DNA from: Eledone cirrhosa
Taxonomy: Eukaryota
Direction of reading: 5' to 3'
Assembly (NCBI GenBank): GCA_964016885.1
Contig: OZ024743.1
Span: 259,718,001-259,782,000, forward strand
DNA length: 64,000 nt
Shown piece after piece: positions 10,964-25,682 of the stretch. The position numbers and the translations under genes are program-made. Below the pieces are notes generated by a model, which was not told where the DNA came from, did not search any database, and worked only from the letters and a program-made list of their open reading frames with translations. How positions within the stretch are numbered: the stretch's first letter is position 1; each line of letters starts with the position of its first letter.

Positions 10964-13900
10964 GGCGACCTACTTAGGAAATCGTATCATCGTGAGCTTC
11001 GCAAAGGTTTGTTGTTTTCGTTTGTTTAAAATTGCCATTTATGGAAAAATTTTGTTGTTAACTATTTATAAGGTCACAAAATTTGCTTTCGGAAAAGGAC
11101 ACTCAAAAAGATTGGGGCCTTGAGCCCAAAATTTAAACTTTTATAATTATCAATCAAAAAAAAAAATTCTTTGAAAAAAATCATGGACGATCACAGTCAC
11201 ACCTTCCTCACAAACTAACACCTCACACCGCCACCACCATTGTAAATATTACTACGTTTGCCAACACTAAAAATATAAGCAGTAGCAATAATTTAAATTT
11301 GTCTCATGCAGATATTCATTTCCCGCCATTACCAATGACTGCAGGTGTTGAAGCCGCCACCCCCATCACCACCACAGCGACAACAGAAACAAAAGAAAAA
11401 AATAAATTATCTCGTGACATCGAAATGAATTCACCCAGAATGGACTCTTCAACACCGAACACCACTGACGCCACCACCACCACAACTGAAACTAAAAATA
11501 ACAATAACAAAAATAACGATAACAACAACAGCAACAACAACAATGAGAATAAGAAAACCACCCTGTCTTTTGCCAGAGTAGCAAAAAACTGCGAAGCAAT
11601 CCAGGTAACTCAGGAGGAATTAGGTGAAGCCAAGAGAATGGTAAAGAAAAATAGGTACAGGGTCAGCCTCACCCCCAACCTAATAAAATGGAGCATCGGC
11701 GCCTATGCACCGTGTCTTATCGAACGATTAACATAAAATCGCGCCGAGTGGAACGGGCATCCGAGTCCCAAATCCAAAAAGCTTTGGGACATGTGTGGGC
11801 AAAAAAAACCCACATCAGACGTGGGCAGAAATATGGAACAGTGGACGTGTTCTTTGGAACATCACAGGAGGCTAGAGAACACTCCGTGGCCCCATTAAGA
11901 AGTGACGACTTCACCCTCGTCCCAAGCTAATGTGGCCAGAGACTCGTGAAGATCAGGGTGACCCACGTTCCACCGGCCATCGAAATTCCCTGGCTAATAG
12001 CTGCCGTCCTCGCCGTCCTCGCCGGCATCGAGGCCAACACCAAGATAATAGAAATAGCGAAAGAAAAGCTGGAGAACTGGTCCGGATCTGGGATGGAGCT
12101 CCTGATCCAAAGGGACCAAAAAAGCATTGAGGATACCCCATAGGTAATAGAACTCACTGACGGCAGCCACCTCACCGTAATCATCGAGGGCAGAAGGCCT
12201 AGATGTGTCGTTTGTGGTGAAGGAACCCGCCTAAGTGCTTTCTGCCCTCAGGCTAAAAGGTTGAGCCACCTCTCTTACCCACCCCAGTGACTCAACCATC
12301 AACACCACCAGCAGCAGAAATGGCAGCAACAACTTCTGCAGCAACAACAGAAGCAACTGTAACAGTAACAACCCCAGCAACAGTAGCAAAACCAACACCA
12401 CCACCACCCAACGCGCCAGAACTAGAACCAGCGCCTACACCATCCACCACGCCACAACCAAACCAACGCCTGTGGAAGATTTTCCACTCCCCGACCTATC
12501 GCAACTGGAGACCGATTGTGACCACGAGGAGTGGAAAACGGTATCAGGAAAAAAGTAAAAGAGAAAAAGAAACCAAAATAGAAAAAAATCCTCTTCCTTC
12601 ACCCCTCCAAAAACAAAATACAGAGGGAAACAAATAAACTATCAAACAATAAAGTTATGACAGCTATGCCACTATCCACACCAGCATCACCACAAATACC
12701 AACACCATCACCATCATTAACCCCAACACCACCATCACCAACACCACAAAAGTTACCAAAAAGCGAAACAGAAACAAACCCACAACAAACACAAAAAAAA
12801 ACAATACAACCAAAACGATACACACTACACAGCATTCAATTTGAAGAGGGTCGGGCGCCATGCTTTGCAGCACAGTTACGTCTCTTTACGGACTGAGTTC
12901 AAATCCCGCCGAGGTTAACTTTGCCTTTCATCCTTACAGGGTCGATAAAATAAAGTACCAGTAATGTACTGGGTTTTTGTTGGCCTTGTGCCTAAAGTAG
13001 AAACAATTATTACACTACATCCAACACAACACCAGCATCACAGAAAAAGACTACACAACAACCCAAAAGTTCATACCACCTCCACACATACAAATCACTC
13101 GCATCCCACAGAAAACGTACAGGACACTAAAACAAACATTCCCCAAAGTCATCGGAGACTTCCGACAGGCACTCCGCAGGAGGATTTATAAGGACATCCT
13201 TCCGGAGGAGGACACAAGCAGTGAAAAGGAAACCATCCTTCCTCTACGAGAAGTAAGGTAAGTGGTCTTTCCCATCTTTTCCACTCCATTTCAACATGAA
13301 TAGGCAGCATAAATGCGCGTGGCTTGGGGTCGTCATGGAAGCAGGGCCACCTGCTCAACGACCTCAGGTCACTAAACATAGATGCAGTGGCCATCAGCGA
13401 GACCAGAATCTTCGAAGCACGGACCTTCGCACCGATCTTCGGCGGCTACGATGTGTACGCATTTCCCAGCCGTGCTGGATCGGTGGGGAGGAGTTGCTCT
13501 GCTTTTTCGGAGAGGTTTGGATCTCGCCATACGGGCCATCTTCCTGGACCCAGAAGGTAAGTTGGTGGTGCTGGACGTGACCAGTGGAGACGGGCAAGCT
13601 TTCAGGTTAGTGGCCGTCTATGCCCCAACAGGAGCAGGGCGGCCTATTTTCTTCCGGTGTCTGGAGACCTTTCTTGGAACGTCCCGCTCTTTAGTGTTTA
13701 GTGGGCGACCGGAACGGGATCTTAGATGCACGCTGGGACTGTGTGGGATTAGCGTATAGGGGAGGAGGGTGCAAGAGTTCACCAACCTGCTCAGGCGTTT
13801 TGAACTGTCTGACAGGTACCGATTGGATTTCCCGAATGTGCCAATGTGTACTTGGACAAATCGCATAGGGTCATCCAGATCATATCTAGATAGAGTATTT

Positions 13901-16751
13901 TGTAGGGAAATAAATAGGTCTAGCATAGGCTGTCCACAATTCAAGATAGTCAGCTACACGGACTACAAATTTGTGACCTGTGTGCTTGACTTAGATAGGC
14001 TTCATAGACGAAGACCCGGCTACTGGAAACTAAACGCGTCCTTACCAGCACGCAAGGCCTACAGAGACCGGATTAGCGAACTAGTTAAGCGGGCGTTGAC
14101 GGGGGCCATCGTCAACAAGTGGTGGTTTGCTCTGAAAAGAGCGATTAGAATAGAGTCGATTAGGTTTAGTAAGGCTTTAGCAATAGAGAAAAATAGAGCA
14201 GAGGGAGAACTAGTTAGAAAATTAGACGAGGCGCTTAGCAAAGGCATTGCGACCGACGTGCTTGCGGCGAAATTGGCCTTTTACCAATTCTTCAATGCAA
14301 AGCACGAAGGCTGCGTTATCAGAGCTAGGGTGCGTGCTCTCAGACACGAGGGGATGAAAGCCGTTCAATGGGCCCGAGTGGCGGAGGCGCGTCGTGGCAA
14401 CAAAGCCACGATCCGGTCTTTGGTGGACCACGGCGGGCGCATGCTACTCGATCCCGGGCAAATGTGTAAAGCTTTTCGGCGACACTTCGCACAGCTGTTC
14501 GGGGGCAGCGGCGGGCCTGATCGGGGGATGGACTTTAGTGTGTACCTGGACGGACTGCCGCGGCTCTCGACCATTGAAGCGGAGTGTTGCGAAAAGCTGA
14601 TAACAGCAGATGAAGTACGGGAGGCAATGACTGGCTGCACAAGGTGTAAATCGCCTGGTTTGGATGGTCTGCCCTATGAATTTACGTACAGATGCCAGAC
14701 TTGTTCGGAGGCCTCTTGGCGGACGTCTATTGCAACTGGCAACAGAACGGGAGAATTCCCAACTCTGTGAGCCGAGGAGCTGTGGCACTGCTGAGAAAGG
14801 ATCCGAAAAAGGGGGATAACATAGATAATTTCAGGCCCATAACTCTGCGAAACACAGAGTTCAAGGTTTTGGCCAAGGTGCAAGCAAAGAGGTTGGCGCT
14901 TGTCGTTGGTGGTCTGGTGGGAGAGGCGACATCTGCTCTGGTGAGAGTGAACGGTCACCTTTCGGAACCATTAAACATCATGCGCTCGGTCCGCCAAGGA
15001 TGTCCCTTCTCGTCCCTTTTGTACGTATTGACTCTCGAGCAATTGCTGCACAAACTGGAGATGTTGAGGAGCGTCCCGCGCGAACTAGGATGCGGAAGAT
15101 CCGTGTCAGCATGTGCGGACGATGTCACCGTAGTAGTGTCGAACGCCAAACACATCAAGGCGATCGGCACTACACTAAGAGGATACGAAGCGGTAACAGG
15201 AGCAATGATCAACCAGGAAAAGTCAGTGGGCCTGCAGCTCGGCACCTGGAGAGGCAGGTCCATGTCGTCCAACAGCGTCCTCGGGCGCTGGACGGACGGA
15301 CCGGTTAAATTGCTAGGGGTCTGTTTCGGTCCGGACCTCCAGACGGACAAAAACTGGGACGAGGTGACGAGCAGGGTGGCTTCTCTCACCCAGAAATGGG
15401 CGGAGAGGAAGCTATCCCTGAAAGGTCGAGCGGAGGTGGCTAATGCGTACATCGCGTCCGTCATCTGCTACCGCCTGACCGTCGTACCTTGTCCTAAGCA
15501 CCGCCTGACTGCGCTGGAGCGTTTGCTCTTTCGCTTTTTGTGGAAGGGACGCGCTCCGATGGTCAGGAGGTCTATCTGCTGTCAACACCCGCTACGTGGA
15601 GGGCTGGGAATGCCGTGGCTGATGATGCGCAGACACGCGCTCAGGCTACGACATCTCCACCTCTTCCTCGACGGTGATCAGGTGTGGTCGCCGTTTGCTA
15701 GACGCGTCTTTCCCCAGCTCGTCTCCTTGACGGAGCTGCAGTGCTGGATCAAGCGAAGACCGAAATGGAGCGCTTGGAGACTGGAATGTCTTCAGGCGCT
15801 CACAGCCCTCGACCAATCGGGCAATGTGATCGGTGGAAACTCCATTTTGGCGTTCTATAGAGGGTTAGTGGAGGAGAAGAGCGACGATGTTCTTGGGGAA
15901 ACTCTAGACGTCGGCGAAAATCAACTAGCCAATCTCTTCGGAAGAACTTTCGGGCCGGGGCCTATGGACAACTTCCAGAAATCCCTGGCCTGACAGTTAC
16001 CGAGGAGCTTTGCCAGTTCGGGATAAACTCTACAGGCATGGAGGTGCCGTCAGTCGGGCATGTCCGAGATGCGCGCAGGGCGACGAAACCGTCCTGCACG
16101 TACTCGTCCAGTGTCCGAGCATTCCTGACTTGTGGGTTTATGTCGAACACCTTCTGTCGCGTGTGGGACTGATCCAGCTATCAGCTGAGTCCATCCTGAG
16201 GATTGCCCCGCCCTCTTCCTTTAGCCGTGAAGGGCAGGCAGTTTTTATCTGTCTGGTGGCCATGGCGAAAGAGATAGTATGGTGGACACGTTTGAAAGGG
16301 CTGAAGACGAGCATTTACCTCTTCGGTGATGCCCTGATTAACTCTTTCAAATTTCATTTGACAAGGAAAATCAGGGTAGAGCGGGAAGTGCTCTCTTCCC
16401 AGCATTTTGTTGAAAGATTGGTGAGAAAGGCAAGAATGGCCCGAGTGAATGGTCCTACTCTGAGTATGTGTCTGTAAATTAAAGGTGGAAAACTGGGAGA
16501 GGGCACTTGCCCTGGTGGTCAGGGTCACTGTGGCTTTTTAATGGGCTTTCTCCACGAATGTCCCTCGGAGGTCTCCCCCCTATTGGGGAATTTTTTCATT
16601 GTTCTATTATTACATCCTTTGTTTCTTGTTTTTTTTTACACGCAGAAATGCCCTTTTGTACCGCCCTGTATTGTCCTGTAGTGTCCTTAATGTCTACTTT
16701 ATGTAAACCCTTTTGATTAATAAAGAAAGCATTATTATTATTATTATTATT
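10964..16751 (+). mobile_element. Tx1/L1-clade LINE copy B, full length but inactivated (stops, frameshifts, ~250-bp RT deletion at ~14928, SINE in ORF1)
   Basis: ORF1 remnants 11299-13261 homologous to copy A; ORF2 remnants ~13297-16477; 3' UTR and (ATT)n at 16731-16751. Confidence 0.93.
12845..13010 (+). mobile_element. SINE inserted in Tx1 copy B ORF1
   Basis: GAGTTCAAATCCCGCCGAGG B-box-like head, conserved core, GTAGAAACAATTATT tail. Confidence 0.88.
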
Positions 16752-17622
16752 GTTCTTTGAGTCTCAGTCATTGATGTTATTTAACTGGAAAGTTTATTAA
16801 AATGAATATCAAGCCACTACCTGCAGCCTCAGATATTCAGGACGTATCGGCGGGTTCTTGCTGTTCCCAGCAAGCATGGCTTTTGAAGTGTTCCAAAAAA
16901 CGGGGCGGGACCAATTTTCTTTAACCATCCTTGGAAACTCTTTGAGATAGTACCTAGTGTACCTATGACAATCATGCCTTTGACTTCATGGCAATACCAA
17001 ATCCTTTTTACCTCCCACTTTAAGTCCTGGTATCGGTTAATTTTCTCCCTCTCCTTCTCTTGCACTCTCGTGTCGAATGGGCAGGCTACATCCACAATCA
17101 GGCACGATCTTTTTTCCTTGTCCCAAACCACCAGGTCAGGCCTATTGTGTTCCAGTTTCTTGTCCGTCTGTATCCTAAAATCCCACAGCACCTTCACCTT
17201 ATCGTTCTCTATCACCGACTCTGGCTTATGCTCATACCACTTCTCAGAATGCGGTAAATTGTTTGCTTTACATAGGTGCCAGTGGATCACCCTGCCCATC
17301 ACATCATGTCTCCAGCCCTTATAGTGAGTCTGGGCTAGGTGTTTACACTCGGATACAATGTGAGTCACAGATCCTGCACAGTGGGCTAGCCTCCTCCTTG
17401 TAAATATGGTGTTTCAACCACTTCGTTTTGAGGGCCTGCTCTTGCGCAGCCATTAGCATTCCTTCTGTAGCCTTTTTAGGGTCTCCTCTTTTCAACTAGT
17501 TCCATGTCTGTGGATCTCTGAATTCAGTTTTCTCAAAGAAGGTACTATGAAGGGCTTTTTCATGAAGGCTGCTCTTTCTCCTTGCGAGAGGGAGAAAATT
17601 AACCGATACCAGGACTTAAGAG
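16752..17622 (-). mobile_element. R4/Dong-like non-LTR retrotransposon 3' fragment (CCHC + restriction-like endonuclease) in (TAA)n
   Basis: HIVSEC..RHD, WDFRIQTD, RPDLVV, IVDVACPFD, EKINRYQDL; (TTA)n on both flanks. Confidence 0.9.
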
Positions 17623-18641
17623 TTATTATTATTATTATTATAATTATTGTTGTTGTTATTATTATTATTATTGTATATCTAACTTAACTGATAAAACATC
17701 AATTACTAGCTATTTAACTGTTCATTTATCTATTTGTTCATTTAGTTGGTACTTTTGTTTCTTGATGTTATATTATAGATAAATCTATTAATGAATTTAC
17801 GCGTAGCATGTTATCTTCAAAGTTGCATCCGGTTAAGCTATTTTAGTGAGTTACTAAGCCAAAAACCCCACCGGTCTGAATTTACCATTTACATTAGAAG
17901 CCTGTAATTGATGTTTATAAAATTGACAATATCCCGTTTCATCGATGCTATTTTTATTATTTTTTATTTTGTTTCTTTCAAAATAGATAGTATTTTTATG
18001 CTGATATTATTTTTGTTTAATCTGTTCCAGCTTCCAAGCCACCATTATCCTCACCCCAGCACTTTTCTCTACGTTTAACGGTCTATTGTTTAAAGCTCTT
18101 TTTTCCGTTTGGTATTTTTCTACTTTGCTCTTTGACTTCTTTGTCATGTGTTCGCCGATAACTGCAGCGAAATATAAATATATATTAAGTAGTAGATATA
18201 TCAGGTGAACTGAAAGATTTTAGTCTGTATGGAATCCTCATAAATAGGTGAGGAACTATATTTACAGCCCACCTGAGTATACATGGATAAATCCCTGCCA
18301 ATAATAAAAATAACACGCGTATTTTCAGATGAGGTTTTTAACGTTTCCACCATATAGATTACTGATGAAATGTTGGCCGATGTCATAACAAGTATTTACA
18401 ACAGTGGAATTGGATCAAAATACAGAAATTTATAAGTGTTGGAGATAGTTTATCAGATAATATCCAAGCATGATATACAGTTGCTTCAAAACCTTGTTTA
18501 AAATTTAGGCATACACACATACATAAACACACATACAAACGCATACACACCGCTAGCAGTAAGTGTAGGGAGAGGGCTTGGTGCCGTCTGAGTTGAGGGT
18601 AGCGTAGTGTTGTTGAGTATAGCTGTTACACACGCACATTC

Positions 18642-18699
<58 letters not shown>

Positions 18700-18702
18700 A
18701 TA

Positions 18703-19269
18703 CAGGGGTTGGACAAAATAATGGAAACACCTAGCATCATAGCATCATAATTTTGAAATATCTATAAAACCGTCAAAAGCTTGTTTATTTTTATTGTTCT
18801 CGAGGTGGTCATTAAGCTCTGCAGTAATTTTGGGAGCTGTACTTTTGTGATCCTTTCTAACAATTCGCGTAAGAGTCCGACGGTCCCTATCTGAAAGTTT
18901 TGGTTTTCTTCCGGAGTTTTGTTTCGACGAAGAGGTTTTTCCCTCTTTCTCAAAGGCTGTCATAACTTTCAAGACAGTACCTCTTGATACACCAAACATT
19001 CCGGCTGTTTTCGTTACGCTAGCACCTGCCATACGAGCACCAACAATTTGACCTCTTTGAAAGTCCGATAGATCTGTCATTTTAATGAATTTTAATTACC
19101 TTTTTCTGATGATATCTGAAAAGAAACAGCAATTTTAACAAAACATATTATGCAACACTAATAATAAATAAAAAAACATAAAAATAAACAAGCTTTTGAC
19201 GGTTTTATAGATATTTCAAAATGATGATGCTATGATGCTAGGTGTTTCCATTATTTTGTCCAATCCCTG
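18703..19269 (-). mobile_element. Internally deleted Tc1/mariner transposon with ~90-bp TIRs and TA target
   Basis: TA-CAGGGGTTGGACAAAATAATGGAAACACC...GGTGTTTCCATTATTTTGTCCAATCCCTG-TA; transposase N-terminus MTDLSDFQRGQIVG..SGRKPKLS (19080 to ~18797); DDE domain absent. Confidence 0.95.
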
Positions 19270-19332
19270 TATATATATATATATATAAAGATAAAGATCC
19301 GGAGGCATGGTATAAATTTCCAATCATTTTAA

Positions 19333-19406
19333 TCACGACACATGTTTCAATAAGAGATAGATCGATCGTGTAGCCATGATCGATTATCACTGACCTCGTC
19401 AGGTGA
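19333..19406 (-). ncRNA. Type I hammerhead with long stem II, inside a small inverted-repeat element (19288-19327 / 19481-19520)
   Basis: Minus strand TCAC-CTGACGA-GGTCAGTGATAATCGATC..GATCGATCTATCTCTTATT-GAAA-CATGTG-TC-GTGA; GUC triplet. Confidence 0.7.
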
Positions 19407-19665
19407 AAATGAATTGTCTTCAAATCCTTGATATGAGGGAGAAAATTAACGGTGTTCACTCACAGAGTTTAGTCCCTCATATGATTGGAAATTTATACCA
19501 TGCCTTCGGATCTTTATTTTGATACAAATACTCCGTTTTACATCATCTAGCTGTTCCCATAAATGGAATTGGAGATATACAAAAGCGTGGAAAACTTAAT
19601 ATTGCTAACAAAAATTTTATAGGACCGTTTGACACAACAATAATACACCTTACTGTATATATATA

Positions 19666-20191
19666 CTAGCAGTAAAGCCCGGCGTTGCTCGGGGTCGCTC
19701 AGTAGCTGTGTTAAAGTTACAATGTTAAGTTTCTTTTTTGGCTTAAAAACTGTAGTGTCTACTGTGCAGACTTGCATGTGGTGTTTTTGATTAATATTCC
19801 CTCAACCAACAATATGCCTTATGAAGTTAAGAAAACATAACGATAACCCGAATGTTATAACAAAAGAGGATGCTGGGGATAAAAACTGCACTGGTTATTT
19901 ATTAACAAAGATCGAAAATGTAAACACTGCAACGCAGAGAAAAACAACGTAAGACGCTCAATGTAAACAGAACAAAGGGAAATAACTGATAACTTACGCT
20001 CAAAAATCGATACATTATATTCGATTTCGTCACATAGGGTGGGTCAATTTGAAATATTTTTTTCCGATGTCTTCGCTAGGGCTCAATGTACAATTATAGC
20101 AATTTCGGTGCAATTCCGTGAGAGATTCTAAGAGGAGATGTGTGCCAAAAATCGATAGACAGACAGACAACCACAGTTTTATATATATAGA
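19666..20191 (-). mobile_element. Non-autonomous Helitron
   Basis: Minus strand 5' TCTATATATATAAAACTG.., (GTCT)n, 3' hairpin CCCGAGCAACGCCGGG then CTAG; inserted between A and T with no TSD. Confidence 0.88.
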
Positions 20192-20215
20192 TAACACACA
20201 CACTCACACACACAT

Positions 20216-20610
<395 letters not shown>

Positions 20611-20771
20611 TACTTTCACTCGTGTAGGACACCTCGGTTATTTTTCATTTTGAAAAAAAAAAACCTCACTTTCTAATATATATTTATATATATATATATT
20701 TATTTATATAAATGAAAGTATAGAAATTATTGTGAGCGTGAAGCCAACAGTATTTCATAATATATAATATA

Positions 20772-20875
<104 letters not shown>

Positions 20876-20922
20876 TATATACGATATTAAACAAATGGAA
20901 ACTATATTTATAAAACCATATT

Positions 20923-20988
20923 TATTTCATTATACATATTTCAGGGATACCATATTAAAAATATGGCATGCCTTCGTCAGATAAAATA
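20923..20988 (-). ncRNA. Type I hammerhead ribozyme
   Basis: Minus strand TATTTTAT-CTGACGA-AGG c ATGCCATAT..ATATGGTAT c CCT-GAAA-TATGTA-TA-ATGAAATA; decayed relative at ~22060-22120. Confidence 0.72.
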
Positions 20989-21125
20989 CAATATATAAAC
21001 AGTTTTATAAATAATTTTGACGTACCATAATACAAGCGACCATTAAATTAGGAAGCTTGTCGAGTGCTTTATATCAGTTATAAAATATTTACTTGTTGTA
21101 AACCAACAATTTTAAATAAAACTTT

Positions 21126-21196
<71 letters not shown>

Positions 21197-21549
21197 GTAT
21201 ATATATATAGATATATGTGTGTGTGTTTGTGTATGAGTGTGTGTGATAGGGAGTAACCACAGTAAGTAAGGTACTCAATAAATTAGCAGAGTGTAAACTA
21301 CAAGTTCAATTCTGCACGACTAGAACTGCTTTAGGATATCATCAGGAAAGCTCTCCTGGTGGTTATTATACATATATATTTTTTCTTCTTTTTTAATTTA
21401 CCTTCCTCACCTTCTCATACTACTCATACGTCCATCTGTTCTCTCCTTATCCGAACTTTGCTTTAGAAGGAATTCTGTCCTCCAAGCATGAACCTATTAT
21501 AACTGTGTGGTTTTGTCTCCAGCGTTTTGTTTTGTTTCATTTAGTAACT

Positions 21550-22016
<467 letters not shown>

Positions 22017-22224
22017 TTCAAAATATTAATATATGAGAAATATTATCATAACCAAAGTATATATTTTATTATACATATTTCAAAGGTACGATGGTGTTTC
22101 AGTACGTTTTTTTAGATAAAATATATAAGAGATTGGTTATACGACATACCCCTAAGGTCTTGAGTCTTCAATCCCTGTATAATCAACGAACCATATAAAC
22201 TTTTGGTATATATATATATATATA

Positions 22225-22945
22225 AAAGAAAATGTTCGCTCTACATGGCTGAATACAATAAATGTAATCTGAGTTTTTTCTAATATTAATAATAACATCC
22301 GATTCGTTTGCAATTATGCAAACAAGCCTCAATTTTATAGCCATGTCAGTAGCATGAACCCTTCATTCTTGCACTTGTGTTGGCATGTGAACAGAACTGC
22401 GGACACTAATGTTTCTGAGTATCACCCTTCATTAGTACAGCTCACTGTTCACCTGCCAAACTGGCAGAGCTAGTGAAAATATATGCTATTTTCAAAAATA
22501 CAGAGTGACTGATCGGCCTGATCGGCATATTAGCAGACTGGCCGATCAGTCAGATCTGCATATTAGCAGATCCACTGATCAGCCAGATTTGCATATCAGC
22601 ACACTGGCCAGTCAGTTTCCTATATATGCATGATAAGTGGTCGGCTTAGCCAAATTCAAATAAAAAAGAAAATGTTCGCTATACATGGCTGAATACAATA
22701 AATGTAATCTGAGTTTTTCGAATATTAATAATAACATTAAATTCATTTGCAAATTATGCAAACAAGCCTGAATTTTATAGCCATGTCAGTAGAATGAACC
22801 CTTCAGTCTTGCTCTTGTGTTGGCCTGTGAACAGAACTGCAGACAAAGCCGGCCATTTATCGCTCGTATACAGGAAACTGACTGGTTAGTCTGCTGATAT
22901 GCAAATCTGGCTGATCAGTGGATCTGCTAATATGCAGATCTGATT
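22225..22945. repeat. Direct duplication (22225-22400 / 22665-22845) plus inverted duplication (22548-22622 / 22872-22945)
   Basis: Visible sequence matches. Confidence 0.7.
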
Positions 22946-23150
22946 GGTAAATCCAATCCAACTCGCGGGGTTCACACCTGCGGCTGGCCAGCTCAGCGCC
23001 TATGGTGGTGAGCAGGGAGGTAGCCCTAGGGCCAAGGATACCAGAAGTCTCCACTGCCAGGGTACAACCGCAAACCTGTCGGAGAGCGACCGGTATTTGA
23101 GGAGTTTGGCCTCCTCGGCCCGACGTGCAGCAGAACCTGGGTTAGTTGTA
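22945..23150 (-). mobile_element. CRE-clade-like non-LTR fragment (end of REL endonuclease)
   Basis: GSAARRAEEAKLLKYRSLSDRFAVVP / VETSGILGP..EPRELDWIYQ across a frameshift. Confidence 0.65.
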
Positions 23151-24424
23151 GAAATGCAATAAGATATGTTTTCATCACAAGTGCAACTTATAGCTGATGG
23201 ATGATGATGATGATGATCATAATGATGATCATCATCATAATCAAGATCATCATCATCCTCATCATCATCATCAAGATCATCATCATCATTATCATCATCA
23301 TCATCAGGATTACAACTTAATATATCAGAAAATGTGAATAATGGCAACATATATAAACACAGCTGCGGTATATGACACAGTGAGGTGAATATGAGATAAA
23401 ACTACCCCCAAAAGGAGCTCAAATTCTAAAATATATCTTTTGGGGTGGGCCATAGAATAGGACAGATGGTTACCCAGAGGCCACTTCCGCTGGACAGATG
23501 GTCACCACAGGCTGGCCACCATTAGCAGCATCGTCATGATCTACAGAAATCAGCAACAAGTGCCGTGTTCCACACCACATAGGACTTTTTAGTTATTAAA
23601 AGCTTAGACATGATACCCAGGTTAGACATACGTAAACGTCGTAGCTAGAGACGACTTAATCCATCATACCTGTGAAATGTAATATTATGTTTCACATTGA
23701 ATTTATACCGCTATATTTGAGTAAAATAAACTTATGTAATGTTCTCATTTTTCTTTTATTTTGCCTACATGAGAATGATCTGGTTATTAGACTGGCGGTT
23801 AAACGTCTACCCAAAGCTTAGATTAATGTTGGCTGAACATAAACAATTTTTTTTAAATACTGATTAACTACAGAAAAAAAATGCAAAGTTAATACCTCAA
23901 ACTAACACTTTTAATTAAGAGAACATTTATTTCATTATCTTCTTTCTACACTATATAGAAAAGATTTCGTTGTTGAATTGTTTTGCATTGTAATTTTTTT
24001 AATTTTATTCTTTGTTAATATTTTTTCATATAGAACAGAGAAGTGGTTGGTCCTTAATTAAATATTAACTAATTAGAATTTGCATTGATTAAGTTTTATA
24101 CTGAAGTCAGATTCCTAGACTTTGTTTTTATTTTCTTTCATACATCAAAGTCAACTTGACATTTGTATTGATTGTCAATAATATTTTGATATGGCAGCAT
24201 GCGTCTTACAACAGCATTCTAGATTTAGACTTAACAGATGTTTGGGTTTGATATTCATTCTAAATCGACGTTAAGAACATACAGATTTTACCTACAGACA
24301 ATAAAACTCACAATATTAAATGTTGAATATTAATAATACATAAAGCATAAATTAAATGCAATTATTCGATTAACGCCACAGAAAAACAAGGATTACACAC
24401 ATAAATACACACACATACATGTAA

Positions 24425-24464
<40 letters not shown>

Positions 24465-25185
24465 GTACATTGTGTACGTATGTGTATGTGTGTTTTTATA
24501 TGTGTCTCTATATGTTTTTGTGTATGTATTTGTACATGGGTGTGTGATTGATGGTGTGTGCCTATATATTCCTACATATGCCCGTGTGTGTATGTACGTA
24601 TATGCACACATATGTGTGTGTTGAACAAAGGACTAACTTTGGGATGGACGTAGAAAAATTCTTCAGGAAAGAAAGAAAAAAATTATTATTCACAAACTTG
24701 ACAGGTGCGATTTGCCCGTGACCATTCTCAACACAAAGGCAATGCTAAAAGCTTTTTCCCCTGAATAAAGGAATTTTTCGAGAATGACCGGGGCAGGCCG
24801 CACTTGCTACATTTCTCCCCACCCAACCCTACTCACCGTCTCAACTCATTACTGCTATGAACACTTTTTCAACACACCTACGCCCATGCACTTATTAAAG
24901 GGGGAGAAAAGAAACCCCCACCACACCACAGACATGTTAAATCCCTATATATAGAACAACACACCACATACACATGAGTTTGACAAGCGCACCTCAGCGT
25001 GAAAGGTCTTTCTAAAAACGAAACAATACCTCCTACGTTAACCAAGAACTCCTAAGACCTAACCAACAACCAACAACTTAATTTATAAAATAATTTTTTT
25101 TAAGAAAAATTCTTTTTGGATTTTGTGAAGAAAATAAATTTGTTGAAAGCACAAGTGAAGCCATTTTTTCTTCCCCCCTATCTTA

Positions 25186-25217
<32 letters not shown>

Positions 25218-25304
25218 GTGTACATATATATGTGTGTGTGTATGTGTGTATAAATTGATATAAATATAAAAACAAAACGAGGTTTCGTATTAAGGTGGAT
25301 CCAT

Positions 25305-25604
25305 TCACAGATGAGTGGCTCGGGATCCATGTTAATTTTATAGACCCGACTCCAGCCTAATTTGTTCATCAGACTTGTCAGTCAAGCAAAACCAAAATCT
25401 CATCTGATTACATCCCATTCAAAATGATGTACACACACACCCATATATGGGTATTGACCAATCACAACACACCAACAGACATAAGCCAACACACACACAT
25501 ACACACACACATCCTGGGAAACTTGCATGCGCGCTTATGCCCATGTATATATATACACATGCATATACATACATATATACACACACGTACATATAAATAT
25601 ATGT

Positions 25605-25682
<78 letters not shown>

